Shown here one piece after another: positions 15,566 to 15,567 of a DNA stretch of 15,567 nt. The DNA is from Myxococcales bacterium (GTDB taxonomy: Bacteria > Myxococcota > Myxococcia > Myxococcales > Anaeromyxobacteraceae). The notes beneath the pieces were generated by a model. That model was not told the DNA's origin, made no database searches, and saw only the letters and a list, made by a program, of their open reading frames with translations. Location: positions 1-15,567 of the forward strand of contig JBBQEB010000088.1 of assembly GCA_038320275.1 (NCBI GenBank), written 5' to 3'. Position 1 is the stretch's first letter; the number at the start of each line of letters is the position of its first letter. Position numbers and translations under genes: made by a program.

Positions 15566-15567
15566 AA

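Noticed and set aside
1..15567. CRISPR arrays, tRNA/rRNA, IS elements, prophage or defence genes
   Set aside because: No regularly spaced repeats, cloverleaf, terminal inverted repeats or matching protein motifs were seen. Nearly all the sequence is accounted for by recognisable genes.

Overview
Very GC-rich bacterial DNA whose gene content and order suggest Myxococcota (Anaeromyxobacter-like; inference). It is mostly a core housekeeping region. In order: the 3' part of a GAF-GGDEF diguanylate cyclase (+); a PpiD/SurA-family membrane-anchored chaperone/PPIase (-); a divergent elongasome operon mreC-mreD-mrdA(PBP2)-rodA without mreB (+); thioredoxin (-); a divergent, translationally coupled operon of a CcsA/HemX-like membrane protein, hemA, hemC and hemD (+); an orphan TM-GAF-PAS-GAF histidine kinase; and a DUF4265-like protein. 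I see no rRNA, tRNA, CRISPR array, transposase, integrase or defence system, and I cannot support a claim of a wholly new multi-gene system. The most interesting signals are small: (1) a 27-codon ORF that exactly bridges mreD and mrdA, in frame with mrdA and overlapping alternative anti-SD RNA structures; (2) long, oppositely charged low-complexity tails on the partner proteins MreC and PBP2; (3) a Cys3His Zn-site signature in PBP2; (4) a CcsA/HemX-like gene coupled to hemA; (5) a hairpin-dense rodA-trxA spacer.
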